NCBI GenBank assembly: GCA_951406725.2
Contig: OX597814.1
Coordinates: forward strand, 98,766,001-98,830,000
Source: Octopus vulgaris
Lineage: Eukaryota
Direction: 5' to 3'
DNA: 64,000 bases
In this document: positions 38,337 to 53,240 of the stretch, one piece after another
How the letters are laid out: each line of letters begins with the position of its first letter
Position numbering within the stretch: the first letter of the stretch is position 1
The notes under the pieces: model-generated
The model's database searches: none
Told to the model about the DNA's origin: nothing
What the model saw: only the letters and a program-made list of their open reading frames with translations
Translations under genes and position numbers: made by a program

Positions 38337-38566
38337 CGCGTGCGCAGTTGTGTGGGATGGTTGGAGGTGGGTGGTTGAGAGAAAGAAAAAGGCAGGCGGA
38401 GGGAGTGAGAGAGAGAGAGAGAGAGAGAGAAAGACGGAGAGTGAGAGAGGGTGAGAGAGAAAGATTTACGCATCTCTGACCTCTTTTTATACATTAGTTT
38501 GTGTGTATGTGAGCGTGTCGAGTGCGTGGTGTGTGAATATATATATATATATGCATATATATATGT

Positions 38567-38702
<136 letters not shown>

Positions 38703-38706
38703 ACAT

Positions 38707-38758
<52 letters not shown>

Positions 38759-38848
38759 ATTCGTATATCAATATATAACTAAAATATAATGATATGCCAT
38801 TAAGAGTGCTTTATCATACATTTGAACTGGTATGTATGTAGATACATG

Positions 38849-38900
<52 letters not shown>

Positions 38901-39360
38901 TGTAGACATATACATTGAATTGTCAGATAAATTCGTTCGTTTCTTTCCAATGAATAAACACATTATTGTAGTGTTTAATTTATTTTTGTAGTTCTGTTCT
39001 TCATCTCCAACTTGTGTTTATCGCTTTCGATTTGAATAAATTTTACTTCTTTTCAGACATATGAGGATGGAATGCCAAGTAGACAAAGTAAGCAGTTTCG
39101 ACACTTGCTTCCTTTTTACTTTAAATCAAAGTCCCAAAACTACCGAAGGCGCTCGAGACATTTGTGCGGTGTACAGAGAAGGCGCTGTTGCTGAAAGAAA
39201 TGCATAGAAACAGTTTTCATTCTTCAAGGAGAGGAAATTCAACCTCACCTGCCGATCTGTTCAATTCAACGCGGATCGAGGAATGAATGAGCTCATCCAC
39301 GAGTATCCTTACCAATGCACAAGGGAAATGGTTCAGCAGATGGGATGTTCTCATGATACC

Positions 39361-39592
39361 TATTTCTTTATTGCCCACAAGGGGCTAAACATAGAGGGGA
39401 CAAACAAGGACAGACATAGGTATTAAGTCGATTACATCGACCCCAGTGCGTAACTGGTACTTTGATTTATCGACCTCGAAAGGATGAAAGGCAAAGTCGA
39501 CCTCGGCGGAATTTGAACTCAGAACGTAACGGCAGACGAAATACCGCAAAGCATTTCGCCCGGCGTGCTAACCGTTCTGCCAGCTCGCCGCT
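39361..39592 (-). mobile_element. SINE family B inserted in the mariner, with TSD
   Basis: tgttctcatgatacc occurs on both sides (~39346-39360 and ~39600-39614). Confidence 0.88.
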
Positions 39593-39682
39593 GTTCTCAT
39601 GTTCTCATGATACCGCCATTTTCACCTTCAATTCATTAGTAAGGTTCAAAAACTCGGTGCATGGAAGCTACACGCTCTAAAC

Positions 39683-40007
39683 CAGGGGCTCTCAACCATT
39701 TTTTTTTCACCTATGATTCTTATTTTGTTTGGGTGAATCTCATAGCCACCCGATGTTTAAAAAATCTGTGTATTTTTATAATTAAATATTATTAGGAATT
39801 GTATAAAAATTGTTAAAATATTTTGTGAGTTGTGACGCATAATCAATTTATTGCTCGTAAACTCTATTGATCTGAAGCACACTTTTTTCATGGCCCCTGA
39901 AAAATTATCGGAGACCTCCAATTTACTATACTGCACCTGTGGACCCCCACCCTCAAATTATTATATGAACTTCCGGGGCCCATATGGACTCCGGTTGAGA
40001 ACCTCTG
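39683..40007. mobile_element. hAT (Charlie-like) MITE
   Basis: TIRs caggggctctcaacc / ggttgagaacctctg. 8-bp TSD ctctaaac / ttctaaac. Confidence 0.85.
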
Positions 40008-40530
40008 TTCTAAACGAAAAAGAAAAATTCCACCTCCCACGTCGTGAATCTGATCTAAATGTTATTCAAGAGCTCGGTGGGGAAGTTCTACAGCACTCAC
40101 CGTATTCTCTTCATATAGCATCTTCAGATAATCACCTCTTCTAGACACTTTCCAAAAGTCAGCGGGGCGATTCGTATAGCAACAAAGATGAACTGAAAAC
40201 GTAGTTTGATGAATTCTTCGCGACAAGACCAGGCGATTTCTACAATCAAGGCATCGACAGACTCATGGAACGTAGTCAGGAAGACGTAAACAATGAAGGG
40301 AATATATTACTGATTTTGTTATAGTTGGGGACGGGCATTTTCTTTTGCCAATTATACACACTCACTATTTATTCGATCTCCATTTTGGTTTATATTCGTA
40401 TCATTTTTAGTTTATACGCCTGTCAAAGTTCTTTTGTCTCACATTCTCTGTCTTCATCAGTAACACTCTGTCCCAGGTGTCTCCGCTTGTCTTATTCCAT
40501 TTTGTCTTTCTGTGGTATAAACGCATTACA

Positions 40531-40610
<80 letters not shown>

Positions 40611-40666
40611 CATTATTATCATTATTATTGTCCTCCTCATCCTTCACTCTTGTGGCAAATTAATGA

Positions 40667-40755
<89 letters not shown>

Positions 40756-40756
<1 letters not shown>

Positions 40757-41140
40757 TGAGTGAGAGAGCAGTGTGTGCCATCAAAGTGACACTGGGGTAA
40801 AATATACGAAACCCAGTAGAGCCATCAGGACTACCCGTCTGATAAGGGTACACCAGTCACATGCATCACAACCATATGTGTGCGACAAGGTGATCTCCTA
40901 TCAAGATAAATAGGACCTGACCTTGCAGGTGGGGTCCAGTTAGAAATATTTTCAGGTCGAGTAGCCCATCCGGGTCAAAAGGTCCCTGAATACACATGGC
41001 TATGATGCTCCCCCAGTACTTCTGCCCGTGATCAGAGATGCACATATCGTCAGCTACTAAGAGACATGCTAAACTGGTAATGGTCAAACAACCGACAAGC
41101 ATATCTGTGGTATTGAGCAGAATATTTGTTGTAGCCCATG
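40756..41140 (-). mobile_element. TAA-tailed retroposon copy (internally deleted) between AAT arrays
   Basis: Reverse complement of 9792-10251, lacking the central segment. Confidence 0.82.
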
Positions 41141-41162
41141 TTTTATATATTATTTATTTATT

Positions 41163-41219
<57 letters not shown>

Positions 41220-41249
41220 TATTATTATTATTATTATTATTATCCTTAT

Positions 41250-43852
41250 TCATTAGTTTTATTTTTATAGCGTGCTTTCACTTCACTACCGAGCGCAGCT
41301 CTGTGTACCTTAGGTATGTGCTGTGATTTGTTGTGATACTCTGATGGTTATTGTATGGAAAGTGTTCTGCGTAGGATGTGTGCAGTGCCTAGTAGTGCAA
41401 TTTTCTGTATGTTATATGTGTTTGTAAGTCCTGGTGTTTTTGTTATGTATTTGTCTGAATATTTTTTTATCATGCCTAATGCACCTACTATGATAGGAAT
41501 TGTTTCTGTTTTTAGATTCCACATTCTGGTTACCTCTATTTCCAGGTCTTTGTATTTTGAAAGTTTCTCTATTTCTTTTAGAGACACGTTGTCATCTGCC
41601 AGTATTGATATATCAATTAGAAAGCATTTTTTTCTTCATGATCTCTGACAACTATATCTGGTCTGTTGGCCTTAATTTCTCTATCTGTGTGTATCGGCAT
41701 ATCCCAGAGTATGGTTGCTTTCTCGTTTTCTGTGACCTTTTCTGGTGTGTGCCTATACCATCTTTTTTCTGCTGTTATTCCATAATGTTGGCATAGCTTC
41801 CAGTGTATGTAGGTTCCAACTCTGTCATGTCTGTGAATATATTCCTTCTTAGCCAGGACTGGGCAGCCAGAGATAATATGATTTATTGTTTCTTGTCCAT
41901 TTCCACATATTCTGCAGTTACTTGTTATATTTCTTTTCATTACATGTTTTTGGTAATTTCTGGTGGGGAGGCTTTGGTCTTGTGCTGCAAATAAAAATCC
42001 CTCTGTCTCTGCTTTGAGTCCTGAGCTTCTCAACCATTGCTGGGAATTTTCTTTGTCTATTTCTTTTGCGTTTAGTTTAGTCCAGTATTTACCAAGAAGG
42101 GGCTTTTCTTGCCATCGTTTTATCATGGTTCGTTGCTGTTCTATCTTTAGTTTGGATTTCATTTGTTTTATAGCTTTTGTTGTTCATCTTCTTCTTCTTC
42201 ATATTTACTAGGTGGTATGATTTCTTGTTTGTATTTGTCAGCTTCCTTAAATACTGAGAACAGTTTTTTGTTTTGCTCGTGTTTTGCCGCTATTTGTATC
42301 AGTTTTCCTTCCTTCTGAAGTAGATATTTTTGCAGTCCTATGGTGGTTATTTTATAGTAGTTTTCCAGCTATATAAGGCCTCTACCACCTTCTATACGTT
42401 GTATATATATATAGTCTTTCTATGTCAGATTTTGGGTGATGCATCCTCTAACCTGTCATTATTTTTCTTGTTTTCCTATCTATTTTGGTCAGTTCATTTA
42501 GTGTCCAGTTAAGGATATTGTAGCTGTAACTTATAACTGGGACAGCTAAAGTGTTAATACATATTATCTTGTTTTTAGCATCGAGCTCTGTTTTTAGTAT
42601 TGATCTAACTCGTCTATAATATTCTTTTTTTATTTTCTCTTTCATTTGTGTATGTTGTGTCTTATCTAGTTCATGAATTCCTAAGTATTTGTAAGTTTGG
42701 CTTTGGTCTAATTCTTTTATTTCATTGGTTTTATCTAGTGTGATGTTGCTACTTTTAACTAGTTTTCCTCTTTTCATGATTACTTTGGCGCATTTTTCAA
42801 ATCCAAATTTCATATCTATTTCTTTGGTAAATCCATGAACTGTCTTTAATAGTGTTTCCAGCTGTTTATCATTTGCAGCGTATAGTTTTAGGTCATCCAT
42901 ATATAAAAGGTGGCTGATCGTTTTGCCGTAACATTTATATCCGCATCCAGTTCTATTTAGCATATCAGATAGAGGTGACAGTGCCAAGCAGAAAAGGAGT
43001 GGAGAGAGTGTGTCTCCCTGGAATATTCCTCTTCTAATGGGGATGGCTTTGGTTTTCATGAGTCCCTCTTTTGTTTGGAGGTGTAGCACTGTTTGCCATT
43101 TATTCATAGAGTGCCCTATGAATTTTATAATTATTGGTGCTACTTTGTTAATGGCTAGTGTTTCGAGGATCCATGTGTGGGAGATGCTACCAAACGCCTT
43201 TTTGTAGTCGATCCAGGCCATACTGAGGCCTTTCTTCTTTATGTGGCTGTCTTCAGTTATGGCTTTATTAATCATTAGTTGATCTTTACAGCCATATGAG
43301 CCTTTGCGGCATCCTTTCTGCTCTCTTCTGGAAACAGGTTGTTTTCGTCCAGGTGCTTGTTCAACCTTTGCGATATCACTGCAGTAAATGCCTTGTACAT
43401 TGTAGGGAGACAGGTTATTGGTCTGTAGTTTTCTGGTTTTGCTGTCTCATTTGATTTGGGAATTAAGATGGTTTTCCCCTTCGTGAGCCATTCAGGCATT
43501 GTCTCTGGCTCTGCTAGTATGTTGTTAAAGTTTTCAGCCAGCTTTTTGTGCATTCCTGTTAGATATTTCAACCAGAATTTGGGGATCTTGTCATGCCCAG
43601 GTGCCTTCCAGTTGCATAGTCTTTGCAGTGCCTGGGTGACCTCTTCAGTTGTTATGGGGGTCCAAAGTTGCTTAGATGCTGAGTTTGTTGTTTTAATACT
43701 CCTTTTTTTTTGGTTGTTCGTTCGCCGACCATATTTCTCTCCAGAATTCTTCCACTTCTTCTGCCGTTGGTGCTGCAGTGATTTCTATTTTATTTTTACC
43801 AAGTTCTTGGTAGAACTTTTTGTGGTTGGAGTTGAACTTTTTGTTTTGTTTT
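41250..43852 (-). mobile_element. R4/Dong-clade non-LTR retrotransposon (RT + CCHC knuckle + restriction-like endonuclease), 5'-truncated and frameshifted
   Basis: NYRPITCLPTMYK; WIDYKKAF; RGIFQGDTLSPLLFCLAL; HLLYMDDLKL; YKYLG; AAQDQ.L.T; CRICG...ETINHIISGC; RHD; NRPDIVV; K.SKYKDL; QK.ALLGTAHILR. Flanked by (TTA/TAA)n. Confidence 0.93.
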
Positions 43853-43897
43853 ATTATTATTATTATTATTATTATTGAGTGAGAGAGCAGTTCATGC

Positions 43898-43962
<65 letters not shown>

Positions 43963-44583
43963 TTTTATTGTCTTCTAACGCTGGAGATGTACTACGGTGT
44001 CAGCTGTTCACTACCAGTAAACTAAGGTAACAGCCCTTATATTTCGAGCACCATCCGGAGTTTTCGAATTATTATTATTATTATTATTGATTTCTTTAAA
44101 TTGATGATGAAATATAAAGATAAGAATAAATGGAAAAGCAACGAATTTATCTGATAACCCAAAGCCGTGACTTGCATGAATAGGGACAAAAAGAAAGTCT
44201 GCCTTGCTTGGCCCAGCTGCAAGGATTTAAAAAAAATCCTTCCAAATTTCACCCTTAAAGAGTTTCACCAATTCTCTACCAATCAGGTGTATCAATTCTG
44301 TTAGTAGACATGAGATATTATTTTGCTGACATCAGCATTTTAATGTTTTAATTTTCTATGACGGTGAGCTGGCAGAATCGTTAGCAAACCGGGCAAAATA
44401 CTTAGCAGTATTTCGTCCGTCTTCACCTCCTGAGTTCAAATGCCGCGGGAGTCGGCTTTGCCTTTCATTCTTTCGTGGTCGATAAAATAGATATTGGATG
44501 TAATCGACTCTTCCGCTCCAGCAAAACCGTTAGCTTTGTGCTAGAATTTGAAACCAATATTTTTTGTCCCTATTCCCACCAAG

Positions 44584-44629
<46 letters not shown>

Positions 44630-45099
44630 CGCACACACACACATACACACACACACACTCACACATACACACACATACACGTACGATGGTGGTGAATCTC
44701 TATTGCAAGATGATGAAGACTTAATAGTTTGATAACGGAATTACCTGCTTTTGATTTAACGTGTAATTTCCAGGTGGACAGTTAATGTGTACGTGTCTGC
44801 AGATCGAATCAAGGTTGCTTGGTGTTTGCGAGAAGACTATACTTTTAACATTATAAATACAAACCATACGACGGGCTTCCATTCAATTTCTGTCAACCCA
44901 ACTTCGTTTATAACGCATAGGTTGACCAGGAGCTATAGAAAAAAAAGGTTATTTGCTCGAGATGTGACGCAGGAGGTCGAAACCAGGACCTCGTATTTAC
45001 GAAAAGAACCTCATAACCGTTTGTCTATATCACACCCGCATACAAAGACAAACACGCACATACAAGCAAGTGAACACAAACACATTTATCTATTTACGA

Positions 45100-45684
45100 A
45101 GCTATGCCTGCCTGTCTGTCTATTTGTCTGTCTGTTTGTATGTATACATGTATGCATGTATGTATATATGTATGTGTGTATGTATGCGTGTTTGTATATA
45201 TGCGTGTATGCATGCATGTATGTATGTATTATGCGAGCACAGTAAAAAGTAGCTTGGGTATCAAAACATTGAAAGTTTACTGAATGTGTGTGTGCATGTG
45301 TATGTATATATATAAACTCCCATATATATACAGCATACATGTGTATGTATATATACGTATATACATATATGCAAACATAAATGCATACATATATATATAC
45401 ATACATATACACATATACATATAGGCATACAAACATATATATACATACACATACAGACATACATGTATATGCATATATATATACATATATATATATATAT
45501 GCGCATATACCAGTAGTTTGATATATGCATATACTCACACAAATACCAGCCTCATACACACAGACACACACACACAAATATGTATAGCTATAGATATGTA
45601 CGTACATATAAATGTGTGCGTGTACATTTATATCTATATATATTTACGTGTATATGCAAATCAGTATATAAATGTGTATATATG

Positions 45685-45747
<63 letters not shown>

Positions 45748-45789
45748 GTATATACATATATATATATACATACATACATACATACATAC

Positions 45790-45854
<65 letters not shown>

Positions 45855-46748
45855 CTCGATAGAAGTTTTACCTTTACATGCCAATATATAATAAGATATA
45901 TAAAAAAATAAAATACAAGGAAACAAGTACATAACAAAAAAGCAAAACGTATCAGCTGATTGTAGCGAGAAGTTATTAAATGTTATAAAATTTTTACAGA
46001 TAAAGACAGCTTTATCTGAATAAAATATATATTGTATATATACAAACTATAAAGAGAACTCTATATATATATATTGCGTGTGTTTGTGTGTATGTGTGTG
46101 TAAATAAAGTATATACATTATATATATATATATATATATATACATAGAATATACAAATGTATATACAAGGTCTATACATATACACACTCATGCTCATATA
46201 TGTACATTATGTATATACACAGACATTTTGTAATACACATACATCTATAATGTATGTTGATTTGCATTACGTATATGCATACAATCGCACACACACACAC
46301 ACATTGCATATCGCTATGCGTTATGTATGTGCAACATTATAGATAATCTATACGTGTAAACAAATATGCATTAAAATTTCTGAAGAGTACATAATATTTA
46401 TATATATATATATATGTGTATATGTATATAAGTATGTATATATATATGTATATATGTATATATATGTTAATATACATATATATATATATATGTATATATG
46501 TATATATATATGTTAATATACATATATATATATGTATATGTATATATGTATATATATGTTAATATACACACACACACATATATATATATATATAAATATA
46601 TATATATTAACATATATATACATATATACATATATACATACTTATATACAGATACATATACATATATATATATACACATATATATACATATATGTATATA
46701 TATATATGTGTGTGTGTATATATGTGTGTATGTATATATATGTATATG

Positions 46749-46815
<67 letters not shown>

Positions 46816-47425
46816 TATATGTATCAATAATAGCATTTGCATATAAAAATACAAATATATGCAAAAATATATTTATTAAACTTTTACAAAGAAAAGATTG
46901 GCAGTGACTTCGAAGTTTTTGGCCTTTTCGCTTTCATTATATAATATGACGAAAGCGTGAACCGAAACTTCAAAGTCATCTTTTACTTTTATGTATGTAT
47001 GTATGTAGTCTTCTGAGTGATTCTTCGGTTTAATGTTAAATAGTTTTAATATATAAACTGGCATAAAAAAAAGAAACATTAATAAACATACATACACACA
47101 TACATAGATACATACATATATATATATATATGCATATAAGAAGGTATATCTGAATATAAATATATATATATATATGCATATACTTTATATGTATTAAGTA
47201 TATAGGTACAATGTTTGAGATAATTTGATACGTGTTTTATTTTACCATTTATGTATAGTATTATCTGCTGTGACTTCTAAATATGACAATGTAAGCATCG
47301 CTCATATATACATGTGTCTCTGTATGCCATTATTTTCATATGTAATTTAGATTTTATATAACTAAAACCAGAATTATCGACGAATAATATGTATCTTTAG
47401 GTTTTTAAAATATGCAGAATACACA

Positions 47426-47477
<52 letters not shown>

Positions 47478-47778
47478 CCAAAGACTTTGTGTGTCTGTCT
47501 GTGTGTCTGCATGTATGCATGTATGTATGTATGTATGTATGCTTGTATTTCACTCTTTGCATTGAAGTAATGGGTGTAGACATTTGCATATACGTATATG
47601 TTGACAATATACACACAAGCGTTATGTCTAATATGTATGTATTTTACATCTTTCCATTGCACTAATGGGTGTAGATATTTGCATATACACATATAATGAC
47701 TTGGCAATCCACACAGAGAAAGAGAGAGATAAGTATAAATGTGTTTGTATGTGTGTGTGTGTGTGTGTGTGTGTAAGT

Positions 47779-47873
<95 letters not shown>

Positions 47874-48085
47874 CATATATATGCATACATATATATATGC
47901 ACACATATACATATGCTTATATATATGCATATGTATATATGTATATATATGCATATATATATGTATATATATGCAAATATATATATGTGTATATATACGC
48001 ATAAAGATATATATTCAATTATATGTATACATAATATATGTGTATATATATTTATATATATTTATATATGTATGTATATATACAT
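45100..48085. repeat. Extended TA/TATG/CA low-complexity microsatellite field
   Basis: Directly visible. Source of the many YI/VC ORFs. Confidence 0.93.
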
Positions 48086-48603
48086 TCTTATGGTCACAAT
48101 GTACTGTGAACTCAATCTAAGCCATATACATATTCATAATGATCTTTATATCTATATACATAACTGAATAATATTTATACATACAAAAACTTATGACTTG
48201 CCATGTGTTTGTTGCACTAAAATAATTTATCTTCGCTTGAAGTAAGTAAAAAAAAAAATGATGCAATAAAACGATCGCCATGTAGTAGAACTGTTTTATC
48301 CATTATGAATATTAATAAATTGTAAGAGAAAATATTTCTAATAAGCGTATTTCAGAAATTTTATTCACTCCATTTTTTTTTTGTTGTTGTTTCAGACTCA
48401 GTTTAAACACGATTTCTATAAAAAAAAATCTATGATAAAAATTCGTTCTGTGACTACTTTGTCTACTTTGTCTTCTATTTTTCTTTTATCTGAGATATGG
48501 CTATGTGGCTAAGAAGGTCGCTTTGCAACCACGTAAATTCGGGTTCAGTCCTACGGAGCGTAACCTTGGACAAGTGTCTTCTAGAATAGCTCTACACGAC
48601 TAT

Positions 48604-48767
48604 AGGCGCAGGAGTGGCTGTGTGGTAAGTAGCTTGCTAACCAACCACATGGTTCTGGGTTCAGTCCCACTGCGTGGCATCTTGGGCAAGTGTCTTCTGC
48701 TATAGTCCCGGGCCGACCAATGCCTTGTGAGTGGATTTGGTAGACGGAAACTGAAAGAAGCCTTGTC

Positions 48768-48841
<74 letters not shown>

Positions 48842-49056
48842 TTGTGTGTCTGTGTTTGTCCCCCTAGCATTGCTTGACAATCGATGCTGGTGTGTTTACG
48901 TCCCCGTCACTTAGCGGTTCGGCAAAAGAGACCGATAGAATAAGTACTGGGCATACAAAGAATAAGTCCCGGATCGATTTGCTCGACTAAAGACGGTGCT
49001 CCAGCATGGCCGCAGACAAATGACTGAAACAAGTAAAAGAGTAAAAGAGTAAAAGA
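48604..49056 (+). mobile_element. SINE family A, full length
   Basis: aggcgcaggagtggctgtgtggtaag...gtaaaagagtaaaagagtaaaagag. It interrupts an older family A copy (48495-48590 and 49070-49110). Confidence 0.9.
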
Positions 49057-49138
49057 GACTAATACGCTGGGAGTAAAATTTGATAGACAGAAACTGAAAG
49101 CCTGTCGTATACACACACACACACACACACACACACTC

Positions 49139-49357
49139 ATGAGGGGTGCTGAAAAGTTCCTGTTTTCTTAGTACAAGAAAATACAAGAGGATCAGTTAAT
49201 TATGCTCCTATTCAACATATTCCTCTCTCGGATTCACACACTTATTGCAGCGGTCCTTCAGTTTTTCTAAGCCTTGTAAAAGAACTCAGAATGTAGGGCC
49301 TCCAACAAGCCCTTTCGCAATACTCTTAAAGCCAGGCACCTTTCAGCACACCTTTGT
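49139..49357. mobile_element. Mariner-type MITE
   Basis: Imperfect TIRs gaggggtgctgaaaagttcctg / caggcacctttcagcacacctt. Confidence 0.6.
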
Positions 49358-49675
49358 TAATATATATGAGTCGAATTAATACAACAATGCTTTCAAATGA
49401 AAAAAAACTTTTTTATGACAAAATACGATATTTTACCCAAAAGAATAAGAACCACATACACGCAGAAGGAGATCAACTGTTTGATTTAATTCCCTATATA
49501 ATTAATAAATATCTGCACAAATCGTTAAAATATTTTATAAAACTCGTTCGAGAACTTTCCTCCGAACAGTTCTACCACAAAATTTAAAAAAAACCATCTT
49601 ACTCCATGACATCCAACTTCGCACAGTTTCTAGCTGTCATCAATCTAAACTGAAATATACTCCAATCCAAGCTTG

Positions 49676-49743
<68 letters not shown>

Positions 49744-49929
49744 GCACGCACACACGCGCAAAAGAAAAATAATTTATGCACCTTAACGAATGTTCATTAA
49801 TGAGCGTTTTTATTGTGCCATTCTCAAAATAATTCACCTCATCTAAGTCATACAGCCATACTCCGGATTTGTAATTAAAGTGTTATATATATATATATAT
49901 ATATATATAACATTATATATAATATTTTT

Positions 49930-50479
49930 ATGGAGAACTCATTTCTCGTAACCAGTCACTATTCGGTCCAAAAGAGATTCATTCGTGAGACGTGACAGCA
50001 AAGAACACACGTTTATTCTCTACGCGCGATTAGACTCGGAAAGTTTGTGGGGAACCCATTGACTCAATTTGCTGACTTTTCTGATGGCACGCAGGTATCG
50101 ATGAATGGTTGAATGACCAAATCTAAGCTTCTCTGCTAGTTACTCAATAGTTCCACCAGGGTAAGCAAGACGTCCTCGTCGAGTTCTACAGATCTTCCCG
50201 AACGCGACTCGTCTTCCAGGCTGTAGTTTTCGGCTCGGAATATCTGGAATCACCGTCGACACTGGCTTACGCTTCTTGTCTGATCAACATATACTGCATT
50301 AACATTCCTCGCACTTTCCGTTGCGTAGTTGGAGTTATTGAACTCATAAAGCAAAATATGCCGAATATGCTCCTTTGTCACTTCCATTATACGTTTGGAA
50401 AAATAACTGTTAAAATCGAACTGGACTCTTCAAAACTTGCGAGGTAAAATTACTACCTGCTTTTATAGCAAACTGATGC

Positions 50480-50480
<1 letters not shown>
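49930..50480 (-). mobile_element. Mariner transposase 5' remnant
   Basis: From ATG at 50387: MEVTKEHIRHILLYEFN....ATESARN.NAVY.......QC.R*F..FR..N.SLEDE.RSGR, then KVSKLSQWVPHKL and LDRIVTG.EK. Confidence 0.85.
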
Positions 50481-50559
<79 letters not shown>

Positions 50560-50602
50560 GTATATATATATATATTTATATGTATATATATATATTTATA
50601 TG

Positions 50603-50642
<40 letters not shown>

Positions 50643-50702
50643 GTATATATATATATATTTATATGTATATATATATATTTATATGTATATATATATATAT
50701 TA

Positions 50703-50758
<56 letters not shown>

Positions 50759-50902
50759 TTTATATGTATATATATATACATATTAATTAAATTAGAGATA
50801 AAACCACTATTAGGCAAATCAAACAGTAAAAAACATGAACCAAAACATAATCCTAAATCTAATTTTTCCCTGTAATTTGGATTTACTCCCTAATATTATT
50901 AT

Positions 50903-50962
<60 letters not shown>

Positions 50963-51023
50963 GTATATCTATCTATATATATGCATATATATATCTTTCT
51001 ACATTTATATATATGTATATATA

Positions 51024-52597
51024 CAATGGGGGGAAATAAATATTCGTATATGTCAAAATTCTTTATTTATCTAATTTCTAATGAACATAAAAGGGATATA
51101 CCAATACTATATTTGCATACACATGCATAAACTAAGAATATGCAAAAGAAACTAATAAATTATAGTAACTAAGGAATTTATATACAATTATAAATATTCA
51201 GGGGTGAAAAAAGCATTCGTAGAGAACATAAATATCTGATAATTCTGATTTAATACTTCGTAGCATAACCATTATTCAGTTCCACTTCAACCAATCTCTT
51301 CTTGTAGTTCTTAATCAATGACTCACGTGTTTCTTTAGGAATTTTTTCCCATTCAAATCTGGAATGCACGTTGGGACTCTTGAATGAATTTTAATTTTCA
51401 AATAACGCCACAAATTTTCAATGGGGCCCAAGGCAGGTGACTGGCTTGGCCATTCTAATAATTTTATATTGTGATCGACAATCCATTTTTTGGTAACCTT
51501 CACCGTGTGCTTAGGGTCGTTATCCTGTTGTAAAACCCACCCTTCACAAAGATGGAGATTTTCTACAGAGTCCCATGAATTATTGTTCAAAATATTTTGG
51601 TACATCTCTGCATTCATTCTACCGTCTATCACATGTAAATTGCCAGTACTATTTGCAGAGAAACACCCCCACACCATAATGTTGCCACCAAACTTTATGG
51701 TAGGAATAGTGTTTTTCGGCGAATAGGCAGTACCATCTTTTCTCCAAACATGGCTACGCGAATTTCCTCCAAACAATTCAATTTTCGACTCGTCTGTCCA
51801 TAAAGCATTTTCCCAGAATGTATCAGGTTTATCTTTATGTTCATAAACAAATTTTAAACGGGCATCTCTATGCCTTTTAGTCAACAGCGGAGTTTTTCTA
51901 GGAGAGCGTGACTTCAGTTCATTCCTATGAAGCTCATTGCTGATTATTCATAGTGTAACACTAGTCTCTGAAGCTAGCAAATCTTCTGGTGATCATTGCG
52001 TTTCATTCGATTCTTCACTTCATTTTTCTTAAAGATCTAGAGGAAATCTTGCATGGTGCACTGGATCTTATTCTGTTTTCAGCAGTTCTCGATTTTTTAT
52101 ATCTTTGAATAAATGAAGATGTGGTAGAAAATGGAATACAAAGGGTCTCTGATATTTTCCTGTAACTTTTACCTGCTTTCCACTGTTCAATAATTAAGTT
52201 TTTCACTGTATTTGTGAGTTCTTTACTTTTCGCCATTATTACGATACTACTTTATGTTGTCTCAGTGCTGAATGAAGAAGCTAGCGTTTTGACACTTAAA
52301 AATGACAACTGATAAGATTATTGCAACAAACGAGAAAGTTCTAGTAAAAAAATTATTTTAACAGTATTTTGTGGCATAGAAAATAATAAATTTATTCTGT
52401 ACGAATGCTTTTTTCACCCCTAAATATTTATGATTGTATATAAACTCCTTAGTTACTATAATTTATTAGTTTCTTTTGCATATTCTTAGTTTATGCATGT
52501 GTATGCAAATATAGTATTGGTATATCCCATTTATGCTCATTAGAAATTAAATAAATAAAGAATTTTGACATATACGAATATTTATTTCCTCCCACTG
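51024..52597 (-). mobile_element. Full-length Tc1 transposon (DD34E), ~210-bp IR/DR-type TIRs, TA TSD, transposase frameshifted
   Basis: TA|caatggggggaaataaatattcgtatatgtc... and ...gacatatacgaatatttatttcctcccactg|TA. HTH ORF from 52236, then WTDESKIELFG, MVWGCFS, QQDNDPKHT-(34 aa)-E in WPSQSPALGPIENLW. Ends GYATKY* at 51250. Confidence 0.95.
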
Positions 52598-52855
52598 TAT
52601 ATATATATTTCGCTTTTGCATTTGGTTTGCAAAATTGTGTGTTGAAGCATATTTTATCGTGTCTGGGGAGAGTAATTCTTTTTAGGGCCTTATTGATTTA
52701 ACACACCGGAAATACCGAAAAGGTTGCAAGAGGCAAAGAAAATTTTTGTAAAAATAAATAAATAAATGAGTGGAAACCAGACCGGTGAGTGTGTTAAATT
52801 AATAAGGCACTAAAAGAGTGTGACTCTCCCCAGACATAATTACTTACACACACAC

Positions 52856-52900
<45 letters not shown>

Positions 52901-52944
52901 TATATTATACTTTTTTATAATTTATACTTTTTTTCTTTCTACTC

Positions 52945-53240
52945 TAGGCACAAAGCCCGAAATTTTTTGGGTTGGAGCCAGTCGATTAGATCGACCCCAG
53001 TAGCAACTGGTACTTATTTTATCGAACCACGAAAGGATGAAAGGCAAAGTCGACCTCGGCAGAATTTGAACTCAGAACGTAGCGACAGACGAAATACCTA
53101 TTTCTTTACTACCCACAAGGAGCTAAACACACAGAGGACATACAAGGACAGACAAACGGATTAAGTCGATTACATCGACCCCAGTGCGTAACCAGTATTT
53201 ATTTAATCGACCCCGAAAGGATGAAAGGCAAAGTCGACCT
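52945..53240 (-). mobile_element. SINE family B composite
   Basis: Same sequence blocks as 25940-26320. Confidence 0.85.

Larger units (their letters stand above)
39040..40315 (+). mobile_element. Degraded mariner transposon carrying two nested insertions
   Basis: Frameshifted MECQVDK...FRHLL...ARDICAVY.EGA, then GKVQKLGAW..H.L, then EVLQHSPYSLHIASSDNHLF (cf. the HPPYSPDLAPSDYHLF DD34D motif). Confidence 0.8.
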
